64,000 nucleotides of DNA from Podospora anserina (taxonomy: Eukaryota), in the NCBI GenBank assembly GCA_017654855.1, contig CM030333.1, positions 3,720,001-3,784,000 on the forward strand. Reading direction: 5' to 3'. The notes under the pieces were generated by a model, which did no database searches, was not told the DNA's origin, and saw only the letters and a list, made by a program, of their open reading frames with translations. The translations under genes were made by a program, and so were the position numbers. Below are positions 31,750 through 44,567 of this stretch, one piece after another (within the stretch, counting starts at the first letter, position 1; each line of letters opens with the position of its first letter).

Positions 31750-32806
31750 GGCTGGTGACACAAAAGGAGTATGTTGTTGGGGAGTGTTTGCGTTGCTGGG
31801 TGGTGGCCAGGAGTGGTGCTTGTGACTTCAAAAATATAACCGACGGAGTCAAATAGCAGCTACAATGGAACCCAAAAATTCAACTGTAACTAACAAGAGA
31901 AGATGTTGTGGAATGAAAAGCACAACATTGGCAATCAGACCCTAAAGATGTGTTTAATTGCCCAGGAAGCCAATTTGGGCATTGAGTGTCTGCCCCTCCA
32001 CCCCTCCTCCTCGGCTGGCCCCTCCCCCACCTTCGGTGCAGCGATCTAATGCAGGGACTCAAACTGCCCGCGCTCATCTCAGATCAGGTTGGCCTCTCCG
32101 AGTCCCATCTTCGATCACGGGAGGACGGGAAACAGGAGGCAACAGAGATATCTATAAGGTATGGGAAGAGTCGGGAATCCTGGACATGGACCAACCTTGC
32201 ATCACCATCCATGTTTCAGAAGGGTCGACCGCTGGACAACCCCAACTGGTTCCCCGGATTTTCAACTGCCCTCAACCCAGGGAAAAGACGCGGCCGCTTG
32301 AGCTAGCGGCTGATGTGCTGCGACGATTCAACGTCAATGCCCTGGCGGCGGCGAGTTCGCGGTTCTGGATTTGACAGACGACGGTCGAGATGGTGTTCAG
32401 GCGGGTGCCCGTTCGTCGTCACCTGCATCAGACGGCATGGGGAACCCCCTGGACACATGCGGCCGCCTTACTCTCCCGGCCATGTGCTTTTTTTGCTACG
32501 ATGGAGAGAGCTTTGGTAATGGTTTAAGAAGCACGGCTGTCCCTTCTTCGTCTCTTTTCTTTTGTCTCTGTGTATCGTCAACACCATGGACATCACCATA
32601 TCTTGATATCCAACCCCTGTCACACCACGCCTACGAACCCTGTCAGCGGAACATAGGGGACTGCTAAAGCATCCAACAGCTCCTGCCGGATCCAGGGCGC
32701 TAAGGTATCCCCAGCAAATGGCGGCGCGTTGTTGCCCTTGTGCCTTGCCCAAAGAGGTCATTTTCGCACACATCCCAGGAAAGAGGAAGCAGTGAGACTG
32801 TGAGAC

Positions 32807-34411
32807 ATGCAGCGCTCGGGAGCCACACCGACGCAGACGGCCGCGCCCTTTTTCGCGTCCCTGTTTGGCGGCGGTCATCACTCGTCCAACTCCAACTCCA
32901 ACTCCAACTCCAATTCGCACTCGCACTCGCACTCGCACGACGACCCCTCGTCGCTGTCTCCCACCACCAGGAAATCTCCGGGAAAATCCATCAGGTCGCT
33001 CTCCCGTCCCACCAGCTCGGGCGTCGACGCCGCCGGTGACACAGGGGCTAGTCCAGCCCGGCAACACAACGTTCTCCACAAGAGCCGCGATCGCAGGCCC
33101 TCATTTGGTCGCAAGCCCTCCTTCTCCTTTGCCTCGTCCAGCTCCCCGAAGCGCCGCGCAAACTCGTCGTCGTCGGCCAATGGCGCCGCAAGACCTCCGG
33201 CCATCCAGCTCTTCCCCGACACCGACAATCCCGTGCCTCCGCTCCCCAACTACGCCCTCGCCCAGGCCGTGAACAAGTTGTCGAGAGAGACCGACGCCGT
33301 GCTGTCATCCCCCACCTCGACCCCTGAGGGTTTCTCCAAGATGCTCAGTCGCACGACACCCGCGAACGGCCAGCTGGCTCCCCCTCCTGTTCTCCAGGGC
33401 GGAAGCAGCAGTGGCCAACCGAGCGAGCTGAGCGTGGTGCACCAGCATATTCAAGAGACGGCGAATAAGAGGATATCGACGTTGGACTATCTGCGCAAGG
33501 CGTAAGCCCCCGCTCCACTATCTGCCATCTCCAAACCACATCACTGACACTTGTCCCGTTTGTTTTCCAGCCACGAAGGCCGCATCTACTGGTTCAACAC
33601 CCTCCTCTTTGACAAACCCGACCTCCAACGCATGCCTTATTTCGATCCACGCAAACTCGCCCGCCGAGCCACAAACTACCTGCTGCTTGGAATCTCCCTA
33701 CCAGCAGTGATAGACCTCAACAGCAGCAACGCTGTTGAATTCCTCAAATCCTTCAACACCCTCCTCACAGAATTCGACTCGTTTCAGCAACTCCACTCCG
33801 AATCAGGCGCTTCGTCCTCTTCGTTGTCACGAGCGAGAATACCACAGATGTTCCGCCGCGCTGCCGGCCCTGCCAAGACAAGACGATCCTCCAGCGCGAC
33901 CACGGCGGCGGCAGCGGCGGCGACGGCATCGCTGGCCGGCACAGCAGGGGAGTCCTCCCTCGGAGAGCAGCAACTCGCTCAGCTGGAGAGTCTGGCGCTC
34001 ACACCATCAATCACCAACACCTCCACCACTTACCCGGGTGTAGGATCAGGAACGGTCAACGTCACGCATCCAGCGTCGATTATGAACTTTGCGGGGTCCG
34101 AGATTGATTTACTTCCCGGGGAGGAGTACACCCACCTGCTCACGCCAAGTCTGCCGTTTGACCCGGACTTTTTCGAGACGTTTGCCACTTTGTGTGATGT
34201 CTTGATTGATACGTACACGAGATTGCTGGGGCTGCTGCCGAGTCCGAATCATTGTGGGGGGAGCGTGGCCGAGTTGTTTAGCAAGGCGGATGGGAAGGTG
34301 AGGAAGTTGTTGGTTCAGGGGGTTGTGAGGGAGTTTGAGGAGGGGACGAGAGCCGGGGTGAAGAGTGAGGTTGCGAATGTGGGGAAGGTGGTGTTGAGCG
34401 GGTTGATGTGA
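32807..34411 (+). CDS. Hypothetical fungal protein with a disordered N-terminus and folded-looking C-terminal blocks
   Basis: Intron 33502-33570 joins RISTLDYLRKA|HEGRIYWFNT; later block LPFDPDFFETFATLCDVLID. Confidence 0.88.
32888..32937 (+). repeat. Coding hexamer repeats (AACTCC)n then (CACTCG)n, encoding NSNSNSNSHSHSHSH
   Basis: Read directly from the sequence. Confidence 0.9.
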
Positions 34412-34887
34412 GGGATAGGAATAGGCTGGTTGGAAAGTTGGGGAGCATCTATCTACAATATGGGTGGGAGGAAGGGTGCATGGCGTTCATGGAAGCAATG
34501 TTTGTGGTTTTTTTTGGGGGGGGTTTTTGAAGGGACTGGAATTTTAGCAGAGATATCCTGTTGGCATTTTACAAAGGTATACCAAGCAATATTAGCGTTG
34601 AACTCGATGCACGCTGATAAAGTTTTGATCTATATACTCCTGTCCGGTACCTGTGGAATATTGACATCTCATGTGTCATGAAGTCGTTTGATGCTGTCAT
34701 GTGAGATGGGATATGCCATGTGATGCTGCTTATACAAAGGAAATGACAAAAGGAGGGATGAAAACACACGCTCGCTCGCTGTCCGTAAATGCCACATCAC
34801 AAAAATCACAACCCCAACACCGACCCCAGCCCCCTTTTACCCCTGAACCACCTCTCCACTTGCCACTTATCACCTCATAATCCCCTT

Positions 34888-37102
34888 TTATACAACAACA
34901 CCCTCCTTCTTAACCTGGAAATACCCCCTCTCCCGATTCCGACTCCTCTCCCTCCTCCCCCTCGACAGTTGCAAGCTATTATTCGGGCTCGTCGACCTCT
35001 GAATCTCGCTCCCGACCGCCGTGGCAACACTAGCCATGGCGCTCTGTCCCACCACATTTCCACTCCCGGTGGTTGCCGGCTCGGGGAGCTTGAAAGTCAG
35101 GAGATCAGCAGTCGACCTCGTCTGGCTCAGCCGTCTTCTGTTGTCGGGCTTTTCGCTACCCGGACTCGGGGTCCGGAGCTGGGCGGGGAAGTTGGGGGAC
35201 TTGAGAGTCTGGTGACTGGCGAGGTGGACCGAGATGATCGCGTTGGTGGCGGGCTTCTCGTTGAGGAGGGACTGCTGGAGGCGCTCGGCGGTGCGGCGGG
35301 CGCGGAGGGCGGCGGCTTCTTTTTCTGAGGAGAGGAGTTGGGAGTGGAGGTGGGAGAAGGAGGCGGTGTTAGGCTTGAACTGAGCGGGGCTGGTTGAGCT
35401 GATGGGAGGAGGGGAAGGGGGTTGTGGGAGGGGGGACGCATCGACCTCGGTGACGTCCGGGTTCGGGTCAGGCGTTGGGTGGTGGTTCTCGGTTGGTGAT
35501 TCCGCGGGCACCTCCTCGACAGATACTTTCGCTGCTTTTGGCAACTCCACAACAGTCTTGTCGCCATCTTCCTCCTCTTCGGTGGGTTCCGTCAAGTCGA
35601 TCACCTCCGTGATCACCACCTCCTCCACACACCTCGCCCCGGCCTCAGATCCATCATCACTGTCACTCGAGCTATCATCCTCCTCCTCCTCTTCCTCCTC
35701 CTCCACCACCACCACCACCTCTTCTTCCACCCCCCCGTTATCACTCTCCTCGCTCTCCTCCACCAACTTCCCCAACCCCTTCCCCTCCCCCTTCTCACCC
35801 ACCCCCTCACTCTCCTTTCCCATCATCACCTCCCCCAAACTCCCCACCTCTTTTTCCAGTCCACCAACAACAGGACTGCTAGGCTCATTCCTATACCTCT
35901 CCGCCTCCTCCTGCGCCCTCGCCTCGGCCTCGGCCCTCCACTGCGCCTCCTCCTCCTCCGTCCTCATCCAGTACCGCCCCATAGCCTTTTGATTCTCCTG
36001 GTGCCGTCGCAACTTCGTCGCGCTCTTCAGCACCGTCTTGGGAGCCGTCTTTTGCGGCCCCGGGTCATGCGGAGAAACATAGGTGATTGTCGACTTTGAC
36101 TTTCGTTTCACTGGCAGGAACCTCCGCCCGGGGCCGACCTCCACGCGGTGGACTGTCGCTTTGGCGAAGCGGACGGTGGAGGGGGACATTGTTCTTGCTG
36201 GGGTGAGGAGGGGGGATGCCGGGGGGGAGTCGAGGAGGGGGGTTAACGGGGTGAGAGGGGGGGAGAGGGAGGGAGGTTTCTCAGAAAGAGGCGGGGTTTG
36301 CTGTTGTTCTGAAGAACTAGAGGGGGAGGGGAGAGGGGAGAGAAGGGCTGCGTTGAGGGTTGGGCTGTGGGGTTGCTCCCCCGGCCCCGGGGGGTCGAGG
36401 AAACGGGGGGTGCGGCGGGCGTTGCCGTCTGGGCTGGAGACGCGGAGGATGGATTTGGGGACCATGGTGGAGGTTGGTGGTGGAGGGGATCTGATGGACA
36501 CGTGTTAGTCTTGGAACCTGTCCGCGGCTGAGAGATGGCAACACTCACTTTGACCTCACCACACTTCCCACCAGAGTGGAAGCCTGACTGAGCCGTTTGG
36601 CAGCCTCGGGAGCTGTCTTGTTGACCTTCTCCAAAGACCCATTCTTGCTTCCAGACTTTGTCGACTCTTCCGACCGCTTCGGATCAAGATTCGAAAAGTT
36701 TGGCTTTGCGTGCCTTGCCTTAGCACTAACTGGATCCTCCAACCCCATGAAGCCAGAAAATGAAAGCTTCCGTGACATTGATGCCGGACGTGCCTTCTTC
36801 TTGGTGGTGTTGTCCCTGTTGCTGTTATCCCAGCCTGTGCCAAAACTATGGCTATGTCTCCGTTGTGGCTTTGAAAGGCCTTGGCTAGGGGTAGCTGTGT
36901 GTTGTGTGGCAGTCGACGATGTGCTGTTTGACGATGACGAAGACAACGGCGACGAGTTTGATATGATCGATTTGGGGCCAATCTTGGTCTGTAACCCAGT
37001 CCATGAAAGAACAGCCGAGTGGACTGATGAAAATGAATCCTTCCTCTGAGGCCGGCGCGCACCCTCCAACCTATGCTTTGTCTCTTTGGTATCGTTCGAC
37101 AT
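34888..37102 (-). CDS. Hypothetical disordered, Pro/Glu-rich protein
   Basis: ATG at 37102 (MSNDTKETK); intron 36491-36548 (GTGAGT...ACTAAC...CAG) joins in frame to the 537-aa ORF. Confidence 0.8.
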
Positions 37103-38595
37103 GTTGATGGCGATGTAGCACGGGGATAAGGGGCAATAAACACAGAAAAAGTGGGTTGACGAAGCACACCACCATAAAGAATTGTTTGCAAACGGGGTCA
37201 AATATAATTGTATTGTCTACGGAAGACAATTGATCCCCTAAACAAAAACAACCAAGCCGGACATGTGCCGATTTGGAGTCGAGGTAGTTCAGGCATGGAG
37301 TTGGGCCACAAGGGCACCACATCGCGAGCTGCGCGGGACCCAATCACGACGGCAGGACGCACATCATGCAGTAATCTGCTTCCGTGCTGCCATCTGGCAG
37401 CACTAGACGGGACAGGGTCATTTACCCGTGGCTGGGGAAACAGGTAAGAGCTGTCTGAAACTGGTCTTGATGGGGCTTCCTAGCGTACACATCGTATTCC
37501 TGTAGACCAGAGATCGAGATTCTGACCACTGGGGACGACATACAGACAGCCCAAGATTTCGCCCCAAGAGGTCATCGCCAACAGCACAGAAAACTCACTG
37601 CCACTGTTTCGGTACTCGGCCCCAAGGTGTGTGGACTACCGGGCCTGAGGCATGGCAGATGCCAATCGGCGCTAAACAAGGGAGAAGGTGAGTTGGCAAC
37701 AGCTGGCGTCGACAGCGTGTCAATGTCGTGCGGGCGGTTGTTCCTGCTGGATGGAGTCTGTCTCAGGATGAACCCAGAGCGCTGACATTGGTAGACAGGA
37801 GATGAGATGACGCACGGCGCCGGGTCAGATCCGAGAGGCTACTGGTTCAGGACGAGGTGAGGAAGCCAATGCTCAAGTACGCAGAGACGCATGGTGTTGT
37901 TCAAGTTGGGACTTTTGAACGTCATGGCGATAGATGTCAATCTCCGACGGAGACAGCTCGTGATCATCCAGCTGATATGACATCCGAGTATCCCGGAAAT
38001 TGATGCCAAAAGAGATCCGATCCGATCATGATCGGGTCACACGGACGGAACCGAGAGATATGCCGGCCTACCAAATCAACGGAAGGGCGCCTGGTCAGGG
38101 CCAACAGGAGAAGGCTGACGGCAGAAGCGTGGGAGACTGTGAAGGTCAGCACTTTTACCCCGCGGTGTAACAGATCACCCCGCATCCCCACCACAAGGGA
38201 AGTTGGGGCCATGGGACCTTTGCGACAGGGCTTTGATTGGTTGGATAAGGGAATCTTATCGATACCCCAGGTACGGATAGCAACGGCTGCCCTCGGTCCA
38301 ATTGGTTCTGAAGCTCAGGTTCCGCCAAAAATGTCAAAAAAATTCCATGGCTTCCGTTGCGACACCATCATAACCACCGCTTGCCAACGCGTTGTATCGG
38401 TCTTCTCTCCCCTGCCATTGACGCAATCTATGCATCAATTCATTCCAAGGGCGTGACGTCCTTCAAATGGGTCCGATGTAGCAATCCGAGATTCGTGCGG
38501 CTTTGCTCTGCGAAGTCGGCCAACCACCGCGAGTCCCACCGCTTTGCGACTCATTCGTTCGTCCCTTTCGGTGCTCCGTGGTCCACCTCCTCCAA

Positions 38596-38890
38596 TGAGT
38601 CAGGAAGCCGTTTCTTACCCAGCGCCGACTTTTGCCCCTGCGCCGCTGCCCGGTGAGCTCCGGTGCTCGGAAGGGACGGGGTGTTTACCCAGATTATCGG
38701 TGTGACGTGCGTCTGCAGGCTGTCGTTTAAGGGGTCCAGTGCGCCGGAAGCTGGATCCGACCCTGAAAATGTCGAGAGAGAGTCAAAGTATTTATCATGG
38801 ATGAGACGAAGTCTCACGGCCAGTCCCGGCTGCCGACGGCGAAGGGCTTCCGCACTAGATCCCCGACTTGATAGCCAAGCCGGCGCTCGG
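38596..38890. promoter_or_regulatory. Putative CPC-1/Gcn4 site (TGAGTCA) and two CCG-N5-CGG Zn2Cys6 (Leu3/LeuB-type) sites upstream of the aminotransferase
   Basis: TGAGTCA at 38596-38602; CCGGTGCTCGG at 38660-38670; CCGGCGCTCGG at 38880-38890. Confidence 0.45.
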
Positions 38891-39253
38891 AGCCCACGCT
38901 CAACTTTTCCTGTTTGCTGTTCCACGCCTTCCGCTTGACCATGTGGATATCCTCCCGCCAGGGTGAGGCTCCATTGGACAATTGGTGACACGGGACCATG
39001 ATAAGAAGAATACCCTGGACGACCCGCCACTAGCTCAAACAAATCCAACCTTGAAGGATTTAAAGATACCTCTGTCCACCCTCCTCTGTCCCCTGGCTAC
39101 CGTTAACTGGCTTCTTTCACCTTTCATTGTCACTGTATTCCTCCTGGCTCACATATTGAAGCAAAGACAGCAACGCTCTTTGTTCTCCGAGACCGAGTCA
39201 CCCCGCCAACTTCCTTCTCTTCCGAATAGACACACATAAACAAATCCTCCAAC

Positions 39254-40587
39254 ATGACCGTCCCTCAGAAGCGCCCCGCGGAGGACCTCACCGTCACCGC
39301 CCTCGACAACAGGATAGCCGAGGAGCCCGCTCTCAACGGCCACAGCAACGGCGCCAACGGCCATGCTGTTTCCTCTCTCCCTACCCTCGACGCCTCCAAG
39401 ATCACCATCACCCGCGCCGACCCTAATGCCCGCACCGTTCCCACCGAGGCCGAGGCCAACTCTGGCAACGAGACCATCTGCACCGACCACATGATCACCG
39501 TCTCCTGGACCGCCGCCAAGGGCTGGGCCAACCCCGAGCTCAAGCCCTACGGCCCTCTCTCCCTCATGCCCACCGCCTCCGTCCTCCACTACGCCACTGA
39601 GTGCTTCGAGGGCCTCAAGGCCTTCCGCGGCTACGACGGCAAGCTCCGCCTCTTCCGCCCCGACTGCAACGCCGAGCGCATGCTCATGTCCACCCTCCGT
39701 ATCTCCCTGCCAGGTTTCGACCCCAAGGAGCTTGAGAAGCTCATCGAGATTCTCATGTCCGTCGACGGGCCAAAGTGGCTTCCCAAGGAGAGAGCCGGCT
39801 CCTTCTTGTATATCCGCCCCGCCGTGATTGGCACACAGCCCCAGCTCGGTGTCCAGGCTCCCAAGGAAGCGCTTCTTTTCATCACCGCCAGCTTCATGCC
39901 GCGCATGGATCTGCCTGAGGGTGGTATGAAGCTGCACACCAACCCCGAGGACATGATCCGCGCGTGGGTTGGCGGCTTCGGTTATGCCAAGGTTGGTGCC
40001 AACTACGGACCCAGTCTGTTGGCCACTGCCGAGGCGAGGAGTAGAGGTTTCGGCCAGATCTTGTGGCTGTACGGACCTGAGGGATACTGCACCGAGGCTG
40101 GCGCGAGCAACTTTTTCATGCTCTGGAGGACAAAGGAGGGCCAGCTCCAGCTTGTCACGGCGCCGCTGGATGATAAGCTGATTTTGGACGGTGTGACGAG
40201 ACGCAGTGTGGTTCAGCTTGCGCGGGAGAGGCTGGCGGGTGAGCTGGAGGTTGTGGAGAGGAAGTACACTATCGATGAGGTGCTTGAGGCGGATAAGGAA
40301 GGAAGGATTGTGGAGGCTTTTGCGGCTGGTACTGCGGTATGTTCTTTTCCTTATCCTCAAAAACAAGTTCTAGAAGTTACGGGTTACTGACGTGATTTTT
40401 TTTTTGACAACAGTTCTTCATCTGCCCCGTCTCCGAGATCCACCACCGCGGCATCGACGTTAAGATCCCCATGGGCAAGGAGGGCAAAATTGGCCACTAC
40501 ACTGCCAAGCTCAAGGGCTTCGTCGGGGACATCATGTACGGCAACGAGCAGCATCCTTGGGGTGTTGTCATTCAGGAGCAGGAGTAG
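39254..40587 (+). CDS. Branched-chain amino acid aminotransferase (PLP fold IV), no obvious mitochondrial presequence
   Basis: TDHM, LHYATECFEGLKA, RLFRPD, LYIRP, YAKVGANYGP (PLP Lys), TEAGASN, ILDGVTRRS and AGTA; intron 40337-40413. Confidence 0.95.
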
Positions 40588-41404
40588 AGCGGTTTGTGTT
40601 TGAGGAGCATTTTGCATCTGCATCAGCATTTTGGAATTTCAAAAAGAGAGAGCAGGGATACCATAGAGGTGTCGATATGGGATGTTGAAAGTGAACAGAG
40701 CAAAAGCGGGCGTTTGGGACAAGGGAAAAAGAGCAGGGTTCTTGTTTGGCATTAGCATCGTAGCTGTTGGACTGGTTGGGACAGGAGGTTAAACTTCCTG
40801 TCTATTTTGAAATGGATAAAAACATTGAAAATTCTCAGTGCCTTTTTTAAATGCAGCTGTGGTGTGGATGTTGTTGCTGAGTGAGGGAGGTGGTATTTGT
40901 TGTCGCCTTGGCTTGGACACTCAGATCCTACGTAAATGCACACCTAGCAGTGGCAAAGCAGTGGTCATGATAAATAAAAAGACGATTGTTGATTCAACTC
41001 ATCAAATTCACCACTATCAATGCTGGCTTTCATTTCTCAACTCCAGGTCATCCAGACCTAACAACCAAACAAAGAGGGTATCATATCTCAGGGGGTATCC
41101 GGTTTCTATCCCCATTCGTATCCCGTCATCCCGATCAACCCAGGTCAAGTCATTCATTCGTTCTGATGCCACTGAAAACAACCGCGATGTCCCTCAACTC
41201 AAAAACTTCAAAAAAAATCAACGCCTTTTTTTTCTGCCAAAATATGCCATGTCATTACCATCGTGAGATTAACCCGTATACCTCTCCCAACATCCGCTTC
41301 AACACCCCATGCCATTCCAAAAAGGAAGGAAAAAAAAAAACGAACGCAATGCCTACTTGCAAAAATCAAACGCAATGCAATTATCCCCTTCCCACTCAAG
41401 AATA

Positions 41405-44400
41405 TCAATCCTTCAATATCGTCAAATCCAACCCAGGAATATTCCTCTCCCAAGGCGGTATTGACCTTGCCGAACTCCCCGTTCTCGACCTTACAGGAGG
41501 TGGTTTCTCCAGCCCTCCCCCTCCTCCAGCAGACATCACCGTCCCCTCACTAGAACTCATCCCCTCCGTCTCCTCCCCCTGTTCCTTCTCTTTATCTCTG
41601 TCTCCCTCATCATCACTCCCCCTTCGCCCACTCTCCTCACAATACTCCACCTCCGCCCCCCCCCTCCTCAACCCCTTGAACCTCCCCAGTATCCCCGCCC
41701 CCTTCTCCCCTCCCTCATCACCCCCCTTGGCTTTATCCCCACCATCCTCCCACCGAACAACAAAATCCACCATCTCCCTCCCATCCCTCACAGCCCCGAG
41801 CAGTACCGGATACGCCAAACACCCCCCCAACAAACACAGCACCGGTATCCCCACAGCCAACTCCACACTCAACCCGCCCCTCTCCCTGATAGCATAACTC
41901 ACAAACGGCCAAAACATCGGGCCCGACGCCCCCATGGTCAACCACGCAGCCGCCCTCTTCGTCCTCTCCCCCTGCCCCCTCAGCCCAAGACTAAAAATCA
42001 AAGGCCAGATGGGACCCTCGCAAAAGAAAAACAACATGAGCGGTATAGCCACCAAGTTAGGGTTGCCAGTGTGCGGAAACACCAAGATGACCAACGCAAA
42101 GACCGCAGAGAGAAACACGCACAATGTCAAAACCGTGCGGGGTTTGGGGACGAGTCGGATGTGAGGTTTCGAAACGTTGAGGTAGACCACCCCCGCCGCA
42201 AGAAAGCGGGAAAGGGCAAAGGCTGTGTGGGCGATGAGGAGGTAGTTGAGGATGGAGAACTTCAGCCCCTGGGGGCGGTAGTCCGCCGCTCTTTTGGCTG
42301 TTGCGGGGAGGGAGTAAGACGCAAAGGAGCTGAAGAGCTGGTGGAAGTAGACCGACATGTTTTCTTGGGTGGCGACGTAGCACCATTGGGCGAGGACGGC
42401 GAAGAAGATGGTCCAGTTTCGGAGCTTGAAACCGCCCAAGGAGCGCTTTTTTGGTTCGAGGGGGAGCTTGGAGGCTAGCTCGGCGAGTTCGCTGTCTGAT
42501 ACCTCGGGGAGGGGCATGTAATAGAAATAAAGTGCGAGGAGGACCGAGAGTAAAGTGACGCCGAGGTATGTCCATTGGACGTCGATGAGGGTTTGGGACA
42601 TCTCGCCGTCTTCTAGTTCGCCGTGGCTTTCTTTTTCGAGGTTGCGGAAGAAGACCTTGTTGGCGAGAAGGCCGGAGAGGACGCTGCCGACTGCCTGGAC
42701 GCCCTGCGCGAGGAGGAGCCTCAGATCTCCATACGCCGGGGGACCGCACAAGATCAAAAAGGGGTTGGCGGCTGTCTCGAGGACTGCTAACCCGAACCCG
42801 ACGGCAAAGGAGCTGACCATGAATCCCCCATAAGCAGTCAGGACTGCCCCGGGCCAAAACATGATAGTGCCCGTGCCATAAATGAGTAATCCCACAATAA
42901 ACGTCGTCTTGAACCCCCCTATCGCCTCAACACCCGGGCGTTCCTTTCTTCCAGAGCGGCGGTGCTCGTCATGCCGTAGCAACCACTCCCCAACAAGAAG
43001 CGGCCCAGCAAAGTAACCAGCCCCAAAGTACATCGACGTCAAGCCCAAAGTCTGAGCAAACGACATCCCCGCCACATCGGCGATGACATTGTTAAGCGTG
43101 TTGAGCAGGCCGTACGAGAACCCCCAAATGAAGAAGAGAATGCAGACGATGGTGCAATACTTGAACGATTCGGTGGCGTTGGTCCGGATCATGCTCTTTG
43201 GCTTCTTCATATTAACAAAGCCAAAGTAGACGGCTGTCGCGGTAGCAGCCGAGTCTCGGTGGGGAGGCGGGACGTAGTTCATGCTATGGGCCATCGACAC
43301 TCTCCTAGACGAAGGTCCACCAGAACCCGCGGCACCGGCCAAGAAATCTCTGATGGAAATCTCTTCCGACGACCGCTCATCTGGCGGGGTGATGACAAAA
43401 GCTGGGGGATCAGCTTGCGTAAATGGCGAAGGGTCCGCGATGTCGACTGGAGCTCCCTCGGCGTTTGCCAGCCCATCAGCACCAGCCCTATTGTTATCGT
43501 TGTTGTTCTTGAAAGGCGACGGCTCATCCCCCGTGAGCGTGGTGCTCCGCCTCGTAGCGTTGGGATCATACAGCATAGCCGGCAGAATCCTAACAATCAG
43601 CGGCTTGAGCGTAGGAATACACGCACACGTAATCCCCACGTTGACCTCGACGGCCGACCACATCAACGAGAGCGACGCATTCCATGAAAACGAGGGACTC
43701 TGTCCGTAGAGCGCCTCCCTGTTCGAGGAAGGATTCATAGACGTGATGTCAATCGCTTTCTGTAAGTAATAGATACGCACCACATCCACAATCGTCACAA
43801 AGATGCCGAGAGAGAACGTCAGGATCAAAATGATCTTTTGCCTCGGCGGCAGTCTCATGCTGGTCAACACCGGGATTGGCAGCGCCAGGATCGCCAGGTC
43901 GGTCGTGACGTTGATAGGAGCCGAGCAGATGAATTCGGTGAGCAGGGGAATGCACCTGATCATTCGGGTGTTGATGTCCCACGCTGCCGCGATGGGGTGG
44001 CACTGAAAGATGTTCATAAATGTCAGAATCACCCCCGCCAGGTTCACCACGCCCAACACGCCCCAGGAAGCCATCCTAAGAATCTTTTGCGTGTTCTTCG
44101 CCAGCCGCAGATAGAAAATTAGGACCGAGGATTTCGTCGCCATGAGAGCCGGGTTCTGCCATAACGTCAGCCACCATCTTGTTCGCCCTTGGGCCAGTGT
44201 TGCTCACATAGAGAATGCTGAAAACATATTCACACATCTTCAGCCCAGGCATCTTCCAAGCGTCTACATGGTCCCCATGCCTTCCTAAACCCCTCATGGT
44301 TCCAAAAATGATACTCAGACTCAAAAAGACGGTGATCAGCCACGCCAGCACGATGATGTAGTCATCAGCCCCGAACCTCCTGACTATCCCGATCCGCGAC

Positions 44401-44567
44401 ACCATCCTCGCCGCAACAAACACCGACGCCAGCGTCAGCGTCGCTGCCGTCACCGCCAAGACCGCAGGTCCCCGGTCGGCGTGCTCATCTTCCCCTTCTG
44501 CCTGTGGTACGCTGATATTGTTGTGGTCGGCCTGTCTGTAATGGTGGTAATGATAGAGTGTTGACAT
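41405..44567 (-). CDS. Fusion protein (about 1036 aa): fungal rhodopsin/PTH11-like multi-TM domain plus L-fucose-permease-type (FHS) MFS domain
   Basis: N-half: ADDYIIVLAW, GLGRH, K-S-L-FY-RL, FQCHPIAAAWD, TDLAILALPIP, WSAVEVNVGITCACIPTLKPL. C-half: LFFIWGFSYGLL, GFKTTFIVGL, LETAANPF, RLLLAQGVQ. Single intron 44156-44207; no stop codon between the domains. Confidence 0.9.
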
